This document shows, piece after piece, positions 62,456 through 64,000 of a DNA stretch of 64,000 nt (its first letter is position 1; every line of letters starts with the position of its first letter). This stretch comes from Callorhinchus milii. Taxonomy: Eukaryota. The position numbers were made by a program, and so were the translations under genes. The DNA lies in assembly GCF_018977255.1 (NCBI RefSeq), contig NW_024704743.1, forward strand, positions 18,478,001-18,542,000, read 5' to 3'. The notes beneath the pieces were generated by a model. It was given only the letters and a program-made list of their open reading frames with translations, was not told where the DNA came from and did not search any database.

Positions 62456-62612
62456 CTGCAAAAATAAGTTGTTCACAATGAAGTAATGAATTTAGTAAAC
62501 AAACAGCAGTTATACACACATTGATTCAAATGATATATGCGCTTATTTTATTTTGCTTTTGTTTATTTGTCAGGTTGATAGTAGTAGTTAAGGTTAATAA
62601 TTGTTTCAATTA

Positions 62613-62925
62613 TAATAATAATAATCCTTGCATTTGATATAGTGCTTTTCACGTCTTCTAGACTTCTCAAGCGCTTCACAGTATATACTGTAAAGTGAAT
62701 TGACTGTATATTTGTGGGCAAAACCGGCAGCCAGTTGCACACAGCAGTGTCCCACAAACAGTCATGGATTGAAGTGACCAATTTATTATACTTTTTTCTT
62801 CTTGAGGGATTATTATCAGTTGTGTGGAGTAAGGAAACTTGCCCAAGGTTTTGCCCTGCCGGGAATCAAACCTAGGTCTCTCGCTTGGAAGGTAAGTGCT
62901 CTAACCACTCAGCTACAGGACTCTG
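62613..62925 (-). mobile_element. SINE (short subfamily)
   Basis: Family match; absent from the paralogous intron of copy B near 20540. Confidence 0.88.
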
Positions 62926-64000
62926 CCAATTGCCAAAGACAAGAGTCTTATCCTTACCTACAAGTCAATTCCATTATAATGTTAAACACCTCATTAGCTA
63001 ATCCTTTTATCTCCTCAGATCTAGGGAATACAAGATAAATTCATCAAGGCTCAACATAGCTAAAACTTTCCAGTTATAGATATTGGTGACAATATTAACA
63101 GTACAGTAAATCCCTACCTCACTGGACACTGGGTATCTGGAATTTGTACCCAGGCAGACCAGGCCCGAAACAGAATAAAAAGTAGTCCCCGGGCCCGCGC
63201 ACATGTAGTCTACCACTGGCCCACTCTCCTACTGAGCATCCCCGCCCCAGTGACCAGGGATATCAACTTTGACTCAGGAAGCTTAATCGCGGGAATCAAA
63301 CAATTACAACACTGGTATCGTAAATATATTCTTCCTAAAGTCAGCCACCAAAAACTAGACATGGGGTTGGTGGGGGGGGAAACAGAATTTCTTTGGGGCT
63401 GAGTTGGCTCTAAGGTGATATGCCTGGCAATGGAAGATCAGAACTGAACTGGAACCAAACTACAAAGACTTTTTGAGACAAGCAGGTCCACTTTACTCCA
63501 CTGCACTGTTGATTGCTGGCTCATCAACAGGATTCAGAGGCTTAGATCAATAACTGAGGCTAGGATTCTTTCCACTCAATTCTACTTGCCAATGGTTAGG
63601 GTGATCCTAGCTGGACATGTAGTGAGATGCTTGCCAATGATTATATTAGTAGCTGCATGTTTTGCCTAATTAAACTCCAGCACTACTGAAATGCACATTC
63701 TAGGTTCCCAAACGTTGGCTAATGCCAACCTGTGCTTGATAATCCTAAACTTTCTGGGGTGAAAATATACCTTCCGTTGCCATCTGCAAATGGAAAATAT
63801 GTGGAGTTTTCTCATAAGCATGATGATGGGTTTCCATGTGTGTCACACACTGAGGTAACAACCCTCCCCCCAAATATAATACAATACAATTTACAATACA
63901 ATTTATATAGTGCCTTTCATCAGGATCTGCCACTGTTAAGCTCTCTGAGACGCTGCCCTGCGTGGAGTGTGCTATATAAGTCCACGTTGTTCTTGTTTCA

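Overview
Repeat-rich vertebrate genomic DNA. The repeat content (abundant L2 and CR1 LINEs, a tRNA/CORE-type SINE with an L2 tail, old Deu-type SINEs) suggests a cartilaginous fish, possibly a chimaera; this is an inference. The only host genes found form a tandem array of minus-strand alpha-2,8-sialyltransferase paralogs (GT29, ST8SIA6/ST8SIA7-like). These are one complete 7-exon gene (copy B, CDS 37614 to 18679, 374 aa, all GT-AG), the intact last exon of the next paralog (copy C, 62455-61975), and a two-exon pseudogene relic (copy A, about 15046-6108). The array period is about 43 kb. Mobile elements include a young full-length single-ORF L2 (EN+RT) with a duplicated internal piece fused to its 5' end, and a pol-less retrovirus-like LTR element (tRNA-Arg PBS, coiled-coil gag-like region, lokiretrovirus-like) ending 4 nt from a splice donor of gene B. 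There is also a decayed SPIN-like hAT transposon, a Ginger/KRBA2-like fragment, many truncated LINEs and SINEs, and simple repeats. The most interesting signal is that the last exons of B and C are nearly identical at silent sites but differ by 16 residues clustered next to the catalytic sialylmotifs. All counts were made by eye, and repeat boundaries are approximate.
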